Position numbers and translations under genes: made by a program
Assembly: GCA_023150835.1 (NCBI GenBank)
Contig: JAKLKB010000055.1
Coordinates: forward strand, 1-54,619
Direction: 5' to 3'
Length of the DNA stretch: 54,619 nt
Source: Myxococcota bacterium
GTDB lineage: Bacteria; Myxococcota_C; UBA6777
The notes under the pieces: generated by a model
What the model was told of the DNA's origin: nothing
The model's input: the letters and a program-made list of their open reading frames with translations, nothing else
Database searches by the model: none
Part shown: in pieces, positions 7,988-18,100 of the stretch
Numbering within the stretch: position 1 is the first letter of the stretch
How the letters are laid out: every line of letters starts with the position of its first letter

Positions 7988-10900
7988 CTAGTGTGGTTTG
8001 GTGTAGCGCTGTTGAAGCAGCAAGAGGTCGTCTCGATGATCTGGAGAGGCGGATATGGCTTGTTGGATCGCAGCGGAACGTGCTTTGGGGTTGCGAAGGA
8101 GATCGAGGATCGAAAGCGCATCGCGTCGGACGATCGGGTCAAGCCAACGCACGGCTTCTAAGACCAGCGGAAGCACGAAGGTATCTTGGGGGGCTACCTC
8201 TTGAAGCAGGGTACGCCACGTCAAAATGCGGTCTATCGGGGAGGCAACACTGCACTCGCGGCGTAATAGGCGCAGCGCACGTTTGGTTTCGCCAAGCCGC
8301 GCCATGATCAGGATATCGGCGATCCGCGCAGAGATATCGGTGGTTTGTCGGTAATGAGAAGAGATCAGCCCCCGCAGCGGCGAGGCTTCCTTTTGAAGGG
8401 TCGGGAAAAAATCGGCCAGAGCGAAACGAAGGTAGGATTGTTTCGGCGTGTGGGGGCGCGCAAGCAAACGTCGAAGCACAGGCAGGGCAGGAGCGGCGTG
8501 CGGGCCAAGACGCCCAATCAAGCGCAATAAAAAGAGGTGTGTATGTTTGCGGCGATGATCCAACGTCAGCAACGGCGGATAAAGCGCAGGCAACGCATGG
8601 ATCGCGATCTGAACGGGCGGCCAACCTTTCGGCGAAAACAGTTCCCACAACGTGATTCGTGCCTTGTAATGGGCGAGTACACCTTCTTTTTCAAGAAGCG
8701 CAGCAAGGGCTTGTTCAAAAGCGAGGTGAGTCTGCATTGGCTTGGGAGAAGGGCGGGAGGTGGGCTGTGTCGCACTCCCTCGCAGGGATGCGGGGTGGGA
8801 GGTGGGTTGTGTCGCGCTCGATGGAGAGGGGGGCGGGTGGGAGGTCGGGAGAGAGGCGCTTGGGGCGGGGCGGCGTGCAGACAGGATCTGTTTCAAAAAG
8901 GCCGAATCCAGAGGCTGAGCGGTGTGTGCTGTTGTGGGCGGAGATTGGGACAAAAGCCAAGCGGTGAAAGAGGGCCGTTGTTGGAGACGTTGCTTAAAGG
9001 ACGCCCATCGCTGCGCGGATTCCGCCTCAGACGGTGCGGGAGGTATGGATCTCAACAGCACCGATGGATCAGCATCCACGCATTCGATCGCATCGAGTAC
9101 TGCTTGTTGAAACAGCGGGTGTGGCGTGTGTTGCAGCATACGAAGCAACGGAGACAGCGCTTCTTTGGGAAGAGATGGAAACCTCAGAAGCAGCGGGATC
9201 ACCCACCATGCAGCTTCTCTTTTGGAGCCGTCTGCTAGGGACGCAAGCATCTGCGGGAGAAGCCCCCGAAGATCTTCGGCGCTGAGGCGATAAAGAAACC
9301 GACGCGCCTCTTTTTGGACTTCGGATGAGGCATCTTGTCGCGCTCTCACAAAAAGAGTGTGTAGAAGCTGTGGAGAAGACATCACAAGGGCCTCTGTAAA
9401 AGCCGGATGCAAGGGATGTTTTGTAGAGGCGTTGCATTGCGCATCGCCTGATCGCTGCAAGGCTCGTAATGCCGCCAAACGCAGCGGATCTTCCGAGGAA
9501 AGCAGCAAAGAACGCAACGGTGCAAAAAAGGCAGGCGCAAACAAGCATTGGTCGCGCAAGACAAGCAAGGCGGCGTGCTGTAGGGCGGTGTGATCCCGTT
9601 GTAGAGCGTCGCGTAAAAGCGGAGCAAGTCTCGCGGAAAGAGCACGATCTGGGGGGACAGCGGCCCGTGCGATCGCTGCGAAGAGATACGCAAGCAGCGC
9701 GGGCTTCGGACGCTTCGGTAAGTACAAGGAGATCTGTTCATAAGCTTCTCGTGGAGAAGGCGGCGTTTGCAACGAAAGAGCCTTTTGGGCGGCCTGTACG
9801 ACATCGGAGGATCGGGAAGGATCGAGAAAAAGCGTCCACAAGATCGAAAGATCAGGACGTTGGTGGGGGGGCAAGCACGTGTGAAACAACACCAACAACG
9901 CGATCTGCGTCGCCGTCATCGGCGCATAGCGCGGTGCTTCTTGCGCGAGAGAAGGCTTGACGAAGGGTCTCGGTGTCAGGAACAAGCCCACAAGCCGTCG
10001 TTGCGCTCGGATCGTTCTCTTCGGATCACGTTTGCACAGCGCGAGCATCGGATCGGAGGCGCTGTCTGCAAAGCGAGGCAGCGAGGCCATCAGAATACGG
10101 CTGCTTTCTAAGCTCTGCGGTGTGGAGGATTGAGCAGAAAGGATGCGGATCAAGGTCGCCGAAGCGTCACCATCCAACGTGGGATGAAGCTGTTGGAGTC
10201 CGTGAAAGGTCTTGCTTTGGCTTCTGTGAAGGCTGCGCGGCCACCGATGCAGATCGCGCAGAAAGAGGATTCGAGCCTTGGCGAGCGCGGGGGTTCCTTG
10301 CGTGTCGCGCACATAAGAGAAGACGCGAAGGCTTTGCAGCGCATCCGACGCGAAATACGCAGGAAAAAACAACGCGGAAAACAGCACACCCATACCGAAC
10401 AAGCGAGACACGGACAGCGAATGCGACCCTCCCTTGAGCGGGAGATATCGAGAGAAAACAAAAGGAAAGATCAGAAGAAGAAAAAGCAGATAAGCCCACC
10501 GCAGCATATCCCATAGCGAAGGGGCAAGAACAGAAAATCCTCCCCAAGCCGCCAACACCACAGCCCAAGGCGCAACCCACCTCACAGAAAGAGCGGATAC
10601 ACCGCTAGAAGGGTTGGAAGCGGGAGAAGGAGAGGTGTTGGGCGCGGGAGAAGGAGAGGTGTTGGGCGCGGGAGAAGGAGAGGTGTTGGGCGCGGGAGAA
10701 GGGGAGGTGTTGGGAGCGGGAGAAAGGGAGGCTTGGGCGGGCGTCCACAAAAGCAGCAACGTCCCTGTCGCAAACAAGGCCAACATCGTAGAAGAGTTGA
10801 GTGGAAGCCCCCAAGCCACCCACCCCACAGCGTACAACCCGATGGCTGCGCACTGCCAACCTTCTATGGGCAAGGCGTGCGGTCTTTTCTGCGAAGATAG

Positions 10901-11173
10901 CGAATGCAGCGTGATGATTGCGACGGCCAAGAACACAAGATGCGATGCTTGGCTGTAAAACAAAAGAGGAAGCCAAGCGCCATTATCTGCATCGAGATAT
11001 GGGAAAGACAAGAGGATGCTCGAAGCCACCGCATAAACAAGGAAGAACGTAAAAAGCCACAGCGGGAAAACAGACGGATAAACCCGAAGGGCGGGAGTTT
11101 TGTCGTGTGAGTTGCGTTGGATGGAAGACGTCCGAGTGATGGGAGGTTTGTGGTGTGGTTGTGGGGATCGCAT
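7988..11173 (-). CDS. Large hypothetical membrane protein with C-terminal HEAT/ARM-like helical repeats
   Basis: 1061-aa ORF with several N-terminal hydrophobic segments, Pro/Ser linkers and HEAT-like segments (LRLAALRALQR, LIGRLGPHAAPALPVL, IVRRDALSIL). Confidence 0.6.
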   Translation of the reverse strand: MRSPQPHHKPPITRTSSIQRNSHDKTPALRVYPSVFPLWLFTFFLVYAVASSILLSFPYLDADNGAWLPLLFYSQASHLVFLAVAIITLHSLSSQKRPHALPIEGWQCAAIGLYAVGWVAWGLPLNSSTMLALFATGTLLLLWTPAQASLSPAPNTSPSPAPNTSPSPAPNTSPSPAPNTSPSPASNPSSGVSALSVRWVAPWAVVLAAWGGFSVLAPSLWDMLRWAYLLFLLLIFPFVFSRYLPLKGGSHSLSVSRLFGMGVLFSALFFPAYFASDALQSLRVFSYVRDTQGTPALAKARILFLRDLHRWPRSLHRSQSKTFHGLQQLHPTLDGDASATLIRILSAQSSTPQSLESSRILMASLPRFADSASDPMLALCKRDPKRTIRAQRRLVGLFLTPRPFVKPSLAQEAPRYAPMTATQIALLVLFHTCLPPHQRPDLSILWTLFLDPSRSSDVVQAAQKALSLQTPPSPREAYEQISLYLPKRPKPALLAYLFAAIARAAVPPDRALSARLAPLLRDALQRDHTALQHAALLVLRDQCLFAPAFFAPLRSLLLSSEDPLRLAALRALQRSGDAQCNASTKHPLHPAFTEALVMSSPQLLHTLFVRARQDASSEVQKEARRFLYRLSAEDLRGLLPQMLASLADGSKREAAWWVIPLLLRFPSLPKEALSPLLRMLQHTPHPLFQQAVLDAIECVDADPSVLLRSIPPAPSEAESAQRWASFKQRLQQRPSFTAWLLSQSPPTTAHTAQPLDSAFLKQILSARRPAPSASLPTSHPPPSPSSATQPTSHPASLRGSATQPTSRPSPKPMQTHLAFEQALAALLEKEGVLAHYKARITLWELFSPKGWPPVQIAIHALPALYPPLLTLDHRRKHTHLFLLRLIGRLGPHAAPALPVLRRLLARPHTPKQSYLRFALADFFPTLQKEASPLRGLISSHYRQTTDISARIADILIMARLGETKRALRLLRRECSVASPIDRILTWRTLLQEVAPQDTFVLPLVLEAVRWLDPIVRRDALSILDLLRNPKARSAAIQQAISASPDHRDDLLLLQQRYTKPH
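10621..10730. repeat. Intragenic 24-bp tandem repeat x4 plus partial (encodes SPAPNTSP)
   Basis: cgggagaaggagaggtgttgggcg units start at 10621, 10645, 10669, 10693. Confidence 0.95.
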
Positions 11174-11322
11174 GGGGGAAATACTCCGCTATCTCGATCT
11201 ATCTGTTTTCTTTCCCCTTGCTTCCAAGGCGCAGGAAGGATCAAGGGGGGGAGGATCTGCGCAAGGTTCCGCCCTTACAGCCTATAAAGCCGCCAGCCTT
11301 GGGTGGTTTTGATGGACGGAAC

Positions 11323-11985
11323 CTAGGATGAAAGAAGGATAGAAGCGCCAAGGGTTTGAAGGATGCGCAACGTGAGTCCCCAGATCAGGCGGCTTTGGTA
11401 GCGGATGCAAGGAAAGGGCAGAGAAAGGCCACGCCAAGGATAACGCATCCATCCGCGTGCTGTCGGGTCGTACAGTTGCGCAAGAGGAACCCACAAAGCG
11501 TCGGCGACTTCGCGGTTGGGCCGGAGTTCGGGCTTGTGAGAAAGGCCGAACAGAAAGGGATGAACCCAGAGCAATTTTCGCAGGTTGCCCCCCGCGAAGT
11601 GGGCGGGGAGTGCCGCAAAGGCTTGATGCGGTGCAAGAGATATCCCGATCTCTTCGCCCGTTTCGCGGATTGCGGTGTCGAGTAGGGAGGCATCTTCTGG
11701 GTCGCTACGCCCGCCGGGAAGGCCCATGTGTCCCGACCACGGATCGCCTTTTCGGGCAGCGCGTTGGATGACCAACAACTCGATCGGTGCGTCGTCTTGC
11801 GTTTGCGCAAAGATCAGCGAGACTGCCGCAGAGCGTAGGCGCTTGTGGGCGGGAGGCAGGCGCGGAGGGTTGGGGGCAACGCCTTGAAAAAGGCGGAGGG
11901 TTTCTCGGAAAGAGGAAAGCTGCGGGGCGGAGTGGACGCGCTGCTGAAGTTGCGCCAGAGAGCGCGGCAAGCGGTCAGTAATCAT
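11323..11985 (-). CDS. Nudix hydrolase, CoA pyrophosphatase type
   Basis: RAARKGDPWSGHMGLPGG followed by Nudix box ..AIRETGEEIG; IWGLT; start MITDR overlaps the kinase stop. Confidence 0.85.
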   Translation of the reverse strand: MITDRLPRSLAQLQQRVHSAPQLSSFRETLRLFQGVAPNPPRLPPAHKRLRSAAVSLIFAQTQDDAPIELLVIQRAARKGDPWSGHMGLPGGRSDPEDASLLDTAIRETGEEIGISLAPHQAFAALPAHFAGGNLRKLLWVHPFLFGLSHKPELRPNREVADALWVPLAQLYDPTARGWMRYPWRGLSLPFPCIRYQSRLIWGLTLRILQTLGASILLSS

Positions 11986-14203
11986 CTCGGAAATTTTTCT
12001 GTACAGGGCCTTGGTGGCGATGGGATGGGATTTTGTGCTGCATCTCCGCAGACCACGCACAACGAAAACCGATATCGACTTGGCGGCTTTGGATGGGTTC
12101 ACCATAACGTCGATACGTGCGGATAGAGTGCAAGGTGCGGAATGAGCCCCCACGGATCACGCGCTCTTTGCAATCCGCTTTTTCCAACACAGGATCTTTG
12201 GTTGGCAACATTGTGTAGGCTTTGGGATCGTAACAATCTTGCACCCACTCAAACACGTTTCCTGCCATATCGTACACCCCATAGGGGCTTTTTCCTGTGA
12301 TGCGCAGACGAGGGCTGACTTCGTAGGGAAGTTCCTCATAGCCATGAAGATCGTTTTGACAGCCCAAAAACTTGGCCTGTTCGCAGAGTTTGGGTTCTTC
12401 TGATCCCCAAGGATAAGAGCGCTTGTCTGTGCCACGTGCTGCCTTTTCCCACTCGGCTTCGGAGGGAAGGCGCTTTCCTGCCCAAATGCAATAATCTACA
12501 GCATCCTTCCATTCGACCCAACGGACGGGTTCTTTGGGGGGGCGGTTACGCAAAAGATCAACGCGGCGGCCTTGGACAAAAAGAAACCCTTGCTTTCGTT
12601 TCTGGAGGCGCTGACAACTTTTTGCTTCGATGCAGTCGTTGTACTGCTGCACCGTCACTTCAAAACGATCGATCCAAAAGTTTCGAATGTCCGATATTCG
12701 TGTAGGGTGATCGTTGTTTGCCCTTTGTTTTTTGCGTTCGGCCTTGTCAAGCGGATGCCCTTGTGTGTAGGGGCCTGCGGGGATCAACACCATCTCTCCG
12801 TGCGCCATTACGGAGGGCGGAGGGGGTGTCTGCTTGGGTTGTGCGAGTGGAGGGATTTGGGCGCGGGCGGTGGGAGGAGTGCGATCCTGCGAAGGGAAGG
12901 GTGGGCCTGTGGGGGGCGGTGGGGGATTGTCGCCGGACGGAAGGGGATTTTCGGGGGGCTGCGTAGGCTGTTGGCGCGTGGCGGGCGTGGTACGTCGCGA
13001 GGGCGCCAACGGAGCGGTCTGGCGGGGTTCTTTGGGGGAGAGGGTGGTTTTGGAGGGGGAGAGGGTTGGGTGTGTTCCGATCGCAAGTGTTGGAGAGAGC
13101 GGTTGTTGCGGTGTATCTTTGGGGCGTTGCAAGAACAAGATCGCAGCGACCAACAACAGCAGCAACGCGGCGATCCCTGCGAACAAAGCCGTTCGTGACG
13201 AAGAAGGGGTGGGAGCATCCGCCGAAAGGGTTTGTTGAGCCTCTAGGGCCGACAGGGGTTTTTGCTTCTTGGGGAGCGGAGGCTCTTGGCGGGACGGTGG
13301 GATCGGCGTGGGCAGAGGCTTGGGTAAGACCGCAGGCAGCATATCGCTGGAGGCGGTGGGCGCAGAAGGAAGAACCGAGAGCAAGATGCGCCGAAGTTCT
13401 TTGCAGTTGGCGGGCCTTTCTTCGGGGGTTTTGGTGAGGCATTGTTGGATGATCAAGTCGAGTGCTTCGGGGATATCGGCCCCCAAGGCGCGCAAAGAGG
13501 GGGGAGGGCTAAACAGGTGATCTTTGAGGATTTGATGGATGGTGCGATCTTCGTCGAGGCTTTCAAAGGGCGTGCGTCCCATGACGCTTTCAAACAGCGC
13601 GGCACCGATGCTGTAGATATCGGAGCGATGGTCGAGCGGCTTGCCGTGGAGTTGTTCGGGCGGGAGATAGGCGGGAGTGCCGATCAAGACACCTGTTTTG
13701 GTGAGCTTTTCTTCATGTTCAGATCGAGCGATGCCAAAGTCGGCCAATTTGACCTTTCCGTCGCGTGTGAGCATGACGTTGGCGGGCTTGATATCGCGGT
13801 GGATGACGCCTTCTTTGTGGGCGTAATAAAGGGCGTCTAAAAGCTGCCCAAAGATCTCGCCGATCTGTTCGAGCGGGAGGCGGGGGAGGGTTTTGGAGTC
13901 GCGGATCAGATGTTCGAGATCGGTTCCATCGACGTACTCCATCACAATGAAGTAGCCGTCTTCGTTCTCAAATACGGCCTTGATTGCGACGATATGTGGA
14001 TGGGTCAGTCTGGCTTGGGTGCGGGCTTCGCGCAAAAAGCGGTCTGCTTTGAGCAGTTGGTTGCCGTCGTCTTGCTTGAGTTGTTTGATCGCCACAGGCA
14101 AACCAAGAAGCAGATCGGTTCCTTTGTAAACGACCGAAGGCCCGCCTTCGCCAAGAAACTGGTCGACACGATAGATCTGATGGAGTACTTTTCCAATCTG
14201 CAT
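11975..14203 (-). CDS. Membrane Ser/Thr protein kinase fused to an FGE-sulfatase (SUMF1) domain
   Basis: VAIK, HRDIKPAN, DFG, GTPAYLPPE, DIYS; one TM segment; Pro-rich stalk; IDRFEVT, RLPSEAEWEKAARG, DMAGNVFEW, RVIRGGSF, IGFRC. Confidence 0.92.
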   Translation of the reverse strand: MQIGKVLHQIYRVDQFLGEGGPSVVYKGTDLLLGLPVAIKQLKQDDGNQLLKADRFLREARTQARLTHPHIVAIKAVFENEDGYFIVMEYVDGTDLEHLIRDSKTLPRLPLEQIGEIFGQLLDALYYAHKEGVIHRDIKPANVMLTRDGKVKLADFGIARSEHEEKLTKTGVLIGTPAYLPPEQLHGKPLDHRSDIYSIGAALFESVMGRTPFESLDEDRTIHQILKDHLFSPPPSLRALGADIPEALDLIIQQCLTKTPEERPANCKELRRILLSVLPSAPTASSDMLPAVLPKPLPTPIPPSRQEPPLPKKQKPLSALEAQQTLSADAPTPSSSRTALFAGIAALLLLLVAAILFLQRPKDTPQQPLSPTLAIGTHPTLSPSKTTLSPKEPRQTAPLAPSRRTTPATRQQPTQPPENPLPSGDNPPPPPTGPPFPSQDRTPPTARAQIPPLAQPKQTPPPPSVMAHGEMVLIPAGPYTQGHPLDKAERKKQRANNDHPTRISDIRNFWIDRFEVTVQQYNDCIEAKSCQRLQKRKQGFLFVQGRRVDLLRNRPPKEPVRWVEWKDAVDYCIWAGKRLPSEAEWEKAARGTDKRSYPWGSEEPKLCEQAKFLGCQNDLHGYEELPYEVSPRLRITGKSPYGVYDMAGNVFEWVQDCYDPKAYTMLPTKDPVLEKADCKERVIRGGSFRTLHSIRTYRRYGEPIQSRQVDIGFRCAWSAEMQHKIPSHRHQGPVQKNFRDDY

Positions 14204-14220
14204 ATCTCGAAATCCCTAAT

Positions 14221-15318
14221 TTAGCCCGCGCTTTGTTCCGAAAACTTGATGCCGACCGCGCTCAGCCATTTGCGCATCTCGTCTTTGTCGATGGCTTTTT
14301 CAAGTGCGGCTTCGGGTGTCACGAGGTCTTTTTCCACAAGGGCTTTGAGGCTATCGTCCATCGCGATCATCCCTTGGGCTTTTCCGGCTTTGATCATTCC
14401 AAGGATCTGGTGAGTTTTGCCTTCTCGGATCTGCGAAGTCAAGGCAGGCGAGCCAAAAAGGATCTCGATGGCAGCGACACGACCGCCTTGTTTGCGGCGC
14501 AAGAGTTGTTGGGACAAGACACCTTTGACGACGCTCGCCAACACGCTGCGCACGCCGTCTTGTTGATCGTTTGGAAAGACGTTGATGATGCGGTCCATCG
14601 TTTTGGCGGCGGAGTTGGTGTGCAAGGTTCCAAAGACCAAAAGGCCGGTCTCTGCGGCGTTGAGGGCCATGCGGATGGTTTCGAGGTCGCGCATCTCGCC
14701 CACGAGGATGCAATCGGGATCTTCGCGAACCGCCGAACGAAGGGCGTTAAAGAAGCTGTGTGAGTGTTGTCCGACTTCGCGCTGGCTGACCAAGGCTTGT
14801 TGGTTTTCGTGGACGAATTCGATCGGATCTTCGATGGTAATAAAGTGCATCTTGCGCGTCATGTTCATCTCGTGGATAAGGGCGGCAAGGGTGGTGGATT
14901 TCCCTGAGCCTGTCGGCCCTGTGACCAGCACAAGGCCCGAACGCAAGCGCGTCAGTTTGTGGACCGCTTTGGGAAGTCCGAGCTGTTCGACGGTCATGAT
15001 CTTGGTGGGGATGATCCGAAAAACGGCCCCATATCCGCGCTCTTGCTTGAAGAAGTTGACCCGAAATCGCGCAACTTCGGGGACTTCGTACGCAAAGTCT
15101 GTATCGCCTGTTTCCACGAATCGCTCCCAAAGGTGAGGCGGAGCGATCGGGCGCATCAGATCCACGTAGTCGTGATTTTCGATCACGCGATAGCGGATGG
15201 GTTCGATCCTTCCGCCATTTCGGAGGATGGGGGGGCGTCCGACAGAAATATGGAGATCCGACGCGCCTCGTTCTCTCATCAAACGAAGAAAGCGGTCAAT
15301 GCGGTTGTTGCTGGCCAT
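14221..15318 (-). CDS. pilT: PilT-family type IV pilus retraction-like ATPase
   Basis: ASDLHI, RFRVN, GPTGSGKSTT, ITIEDPIEF, DPDCILVGEMRD, GTLHT; CAGGAG SD before MASNN. Confidence 0.9.
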   Translation of the reverse strand: MASNNRIDRFLRLMRERGASDLHISVGRPPILRNGGRIEPIRYRVIENHDYVDLMRPIAPPHLWERFVETGDTDFAYEVPEVARFRVNFFKQERGYGAVFRIIPTKIMTVEQLGLPKAVHKLTRLRSGLVLVTGPTGSGKSTTLAALIHEMNMTRKMHFITIEDPIEFVHENQQALVSQREVGQHSHSFFNALRSAVREDPDCILVGEMRDLETIRMALNAAETGLLVFGTLHTNSAAKTMDRIINVFPNDQQDGVRSVLASVVKGVLSQQLLRRKQGGRVAAIEILFGSPALTSQIREGKTHQILGMIKAGKAQGMIAMDDSLKALVEKDLVTPEAALEKAIDKDEMRKWLSAVGIKFSEQSAG

Positions 15319-15394
15319 AACGGGCTCCTGTGCGAGTGGTCTCAGGCAAAGACAGTGCTTTGTGTTGGATGGGTGCGTTTGACGTTCGGATCGA

Positions 15395-17869
15395 TCATTC
15401 GGCTGTAAGGGATTTTTCGCGCAAGAATTGTGGGCTGCACATCGGCTCAAACGTTTCAGGTTTTTCTGCGCGCAGCCATGCTTCTTCGGGGGCGATCAGA
15501 TCGGATTGAACGAGCGCCATCAAGGCTTGGTCGACGGTTTGCATCCCGGCATTGCGCCCGATCTGCATCATGCTGGGGAGTTGGTAAGTCTTGTCTTCGC
15601 GGATCAAGTTGCTGACGCCCAAGGTGTTTTTTAGGATCTCGAAGACTGCAACGCGGCCCGATCCGTCTTTGCGTGGAAGCAAGGATTGGCAAAGTACATA
15701 CTTCAAGGATTCGGACAGAGACATACGGATCTGGCCTTGCTCTGCGGGGGGAAAGGACCCGATGATCCGATCGACGGTCTGGATGGCGCTGGTGGTATGA
15801 AGGGTTGCGATCACCACGTGGCCGGTTTCTGCGGCTTCAAGGGACATACGGATGGTTTCGGGATCGCGCATCTCGCCGACCATGATCACATCGGGGTCTT
15901 CGCGCAATGCGCCACGCAACGCCCGTCCAAAGGACTCGGTATGTTTGCCGACTTCGCGTTGATTGACGAGGGCGATCTTGGGCGGATGAACGAACTCGAT
16001 CGGATCTTCGAGGGTGATCACGTGCGTGGGCTTGGACTCGTTGATCAGGTTGATGATGGCGGCGAGGGTGGTGGATTTTCCCGAACTGCTCGGGCCGGAC
16101 ACGACAATGATCCCTTGGTGGTAATCCAAAAGCTCGGTGATATGGGCAGGGATCCGCAGATCATCAAAGGTCGGTGGGATGTTGGGGATCGTGCGAAAGG
16201 TGATCGACACACCGCGACGTTGTACATAGGCGTTGGCGCGGTAACGCCCGACCTCGGGGATGGCGTAGCAAAAGTCGATCTCTCCCTTTTCTTCAAAGAT
16301 CTTTTTTTGACGCTCATCAAGGACGGACATCAAGGTGTCGCGGGTGGTTTCGGCGGAATAGACATCTCCATCTTCCATCCGTGCCAATTCACCGCGATGA
16401 CGGGCAAAGGGCGGCTCGTCGATCGTGATGTGCAGATCGGAAGCACCCTTGTTTCGGATCTCTGCAAGCAGTTCGTCGATAGGTTTATCGAACTTTTGGG
16501 TGGTTTGGGCTTGGACATCTTCTTCTTCGACTTTGAGGCGGGCGGCCATATTGCGCGAGACTTCGGTGGCTCGGGTGCGGACCTCGACGGCAGGATCGCG
16601 CTCTCTCACCGAACGCAACAGCGGCAAAAGAGAGGCGTGCGTAAAGCGGTCAAATGCGCTAATGACCTCAAGACGGACTTCTTGGCGGTTGTCGCGCAAC
16701 AGCTGTGCCAGTGGCTTGAGCGCGTTTTGGGAGCCGATCTGTGCAAGCGCGTCAATGGCCGCCCAGCGGGATTCTTCGTCTTGGAGAGCTTGTACAAGAT
16801 AAGGAACTGCACGTTCGTCTTTGAGGCGACCGAGGCTATCGCAGGCGTTGACGCGCAACCACCAATCCGAGTCGTTGAGCATATTGCAGATCGGACCGAG
16901 AATCCGAGGATCTTGGAAGTTTTCGACAAGGATCAACGCTGCTGTTCGGACATCTTCTTTGGGATGTTGCAACAAAGCGACCGCAGGACGAAGCACTTCG
17001 TCGCCAAAGTTGCGCAGCATCTCAAGGATGCGATCGCGCAACCACCCTGCAAGTTCTTGGAGATACAACAACAACTCGGTGAGGATCTCTTGGGTTTCAC
17101 CTGTGCGCATGATGATCTCAAGTGCCTGACGGCGGCTGGCGTCCTCGCCTTGGTTGAGCAGATCGTACATCCGTTTGCGCATCCCCGCAGGATCGGTCTG
17201 TGCGTTTTGTTGGAGGTACTGGCTTGCAAGCTGCCGTCTCGCAGGGTCCGCTCCTGACAAACAACTCAACATCACCTGCATCACTTTTGGCCCACCCACC
17301 GGGCTTTTGGCCAACGCTTCAAGAGCTACCGTTGCGATCCGCGCATCTTTGTCGCTCGCAAGCTCTACAAGAAGCTGCACCATGTGTCGAGGCTGGCGTT
17401 CTTGCAAGAGTTTTTGTAAAGCGATCGAGCGCAATGCGGAGGGGCCCTCCATCACCGCTCGTTCTAAATAGATCAACCCCAATCGCCCCGTGAGGGCAAC
17501 GGCGATCTCCCATCCCATCCGCTGTTTTGCGGGGGCTTTGTCGCTTAACAATGAATCCAACACTCGCTGCACGGTCTCGGGCTGCATCTTGCTAAGCAAC
17601 TGCGCTCCAAAACTGCGCGCTTGGGGAGGGGCGTTTTCCAATGAATCCAACAGCGCCTTGGCTCCGCCGATATCGGGCCGTGCCAAAAAGATCTCTGCAC
17701 TCATCCGACGGACATCGGCGTCCCGATGCAACAACAGCGGAACAACCTCAGCAGACCGAGGATTGGAGTCGCGCAACTTGAGCAACAACTGCTCTTTTTC
17801 TTGAGGGGTTTGCCAACCGCTTTCTTGGATCTGCTGGAGAATACTCTTTTTTCCCGTGAAGATTGCCAT
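15395..17869 (-). CDS. HEAT-repeat-PilT/PilU ATPase fusion
   Basis: About 440 aa of HEAT-like repeats (DVRTAAL, WWLRVNACDSLG, SRWAAIDAL, EVRLEVI, EVRTRA), then a full PilT domain (ASDLHI, GPSSSGKSTT, EDPIEF, VGEMRD, TGH..TLHT, SNLIRE). Confidence 0.88.
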   Translation of the reverse strand: MAIFTGKKSILQQIQESGWQTPQEKEQLLLKLRDSNPRSAEVVPLLLHRDADVRRMSAEIFLARPDIGGAKALLDSLENAPPQARSFGAQLLSKMQPETVQRVLDSLLSDKAPAKQRMGWEIAVALTGRLGLIYLERAVMEGPSALRSIALQKLLQERQPRHMVQLLVELASDKDARIATVALEALAKSPVGGPKVMQVMLSCLSGADPARRQLASQYLQQNAQTDPAGMRKRMYDLLNQGEDASRRQALEIIMRTGETQEILTELLLYLQELAGWLRDRILEMLRNFGDEVLRPAVALLQHPKEDVRTAALILVENFQDPRILGPICNMLNDSDWWLRVNACDSLGRLKDERAVPYLVQALQDEESRWAAIDALAQIGSQNALKPLAQLLRDNRQEVRLEVISAFDRFTHASLLPLLRSVRERDPAVEVRTRATEVSRNMAARLKVEEEDVQAQTTQKFDKPIDELLAEIRNKGASDLHITIDEPPFARHRGELARMEDGDVYSAETTRDTLMSVLDERQKKIFEEKGEIDFCYAIPEVGRYRANAYVQRRGVSITFRTIPNIPPTFDDLRIPAHITELLDYHQGIIVVSGPSSSGKSTTLAAIINLINESKPTHVITLEDPIEFVHPPKIALVNQREVGKHTESFGRALRGALREDPDVIMVGEMRDPETIRMSLEAAETGHVVIATLHTTSAIQTVDRIIGSFPPAEQGQIRMSLSESLKYVLCQSLLPRKDGSGRVAVFEILKNTLGVSNLIREDKTYQLPSMMQIGRNAGMQTVDQALMALVQSDLIAPEEAWLRAEKPETFEPMCSPQFLREKSLTAE

Positions 17870-18100
17870 AATGACCACCGTTCCTGCACTGTCGAAGGGG
17901 GAAAATCGAAGCGATGCTTCTGGCCTCTGTACAACGAAACGTCCCACACAACGCGCCCGTCAAGCGCGTGTTGCCTTCCCACCGCTACCAAGAATCCACC
18001 CTCAGGTCAAGCAGGAGCGCGCACATATTGTCCCCCATTTTGTCCTGTTATCGGCTTTTTTTTGCTGCGCCTCTTCTCCTCGGGATCTTTTTTTAATAAG

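Noticed and set aside
11975-12200. FGE/C-lectin C-terminus as a diversity-generating retroelement target
   Set aside because: No template repeat copy and no reverse transcriptase seen in the window.
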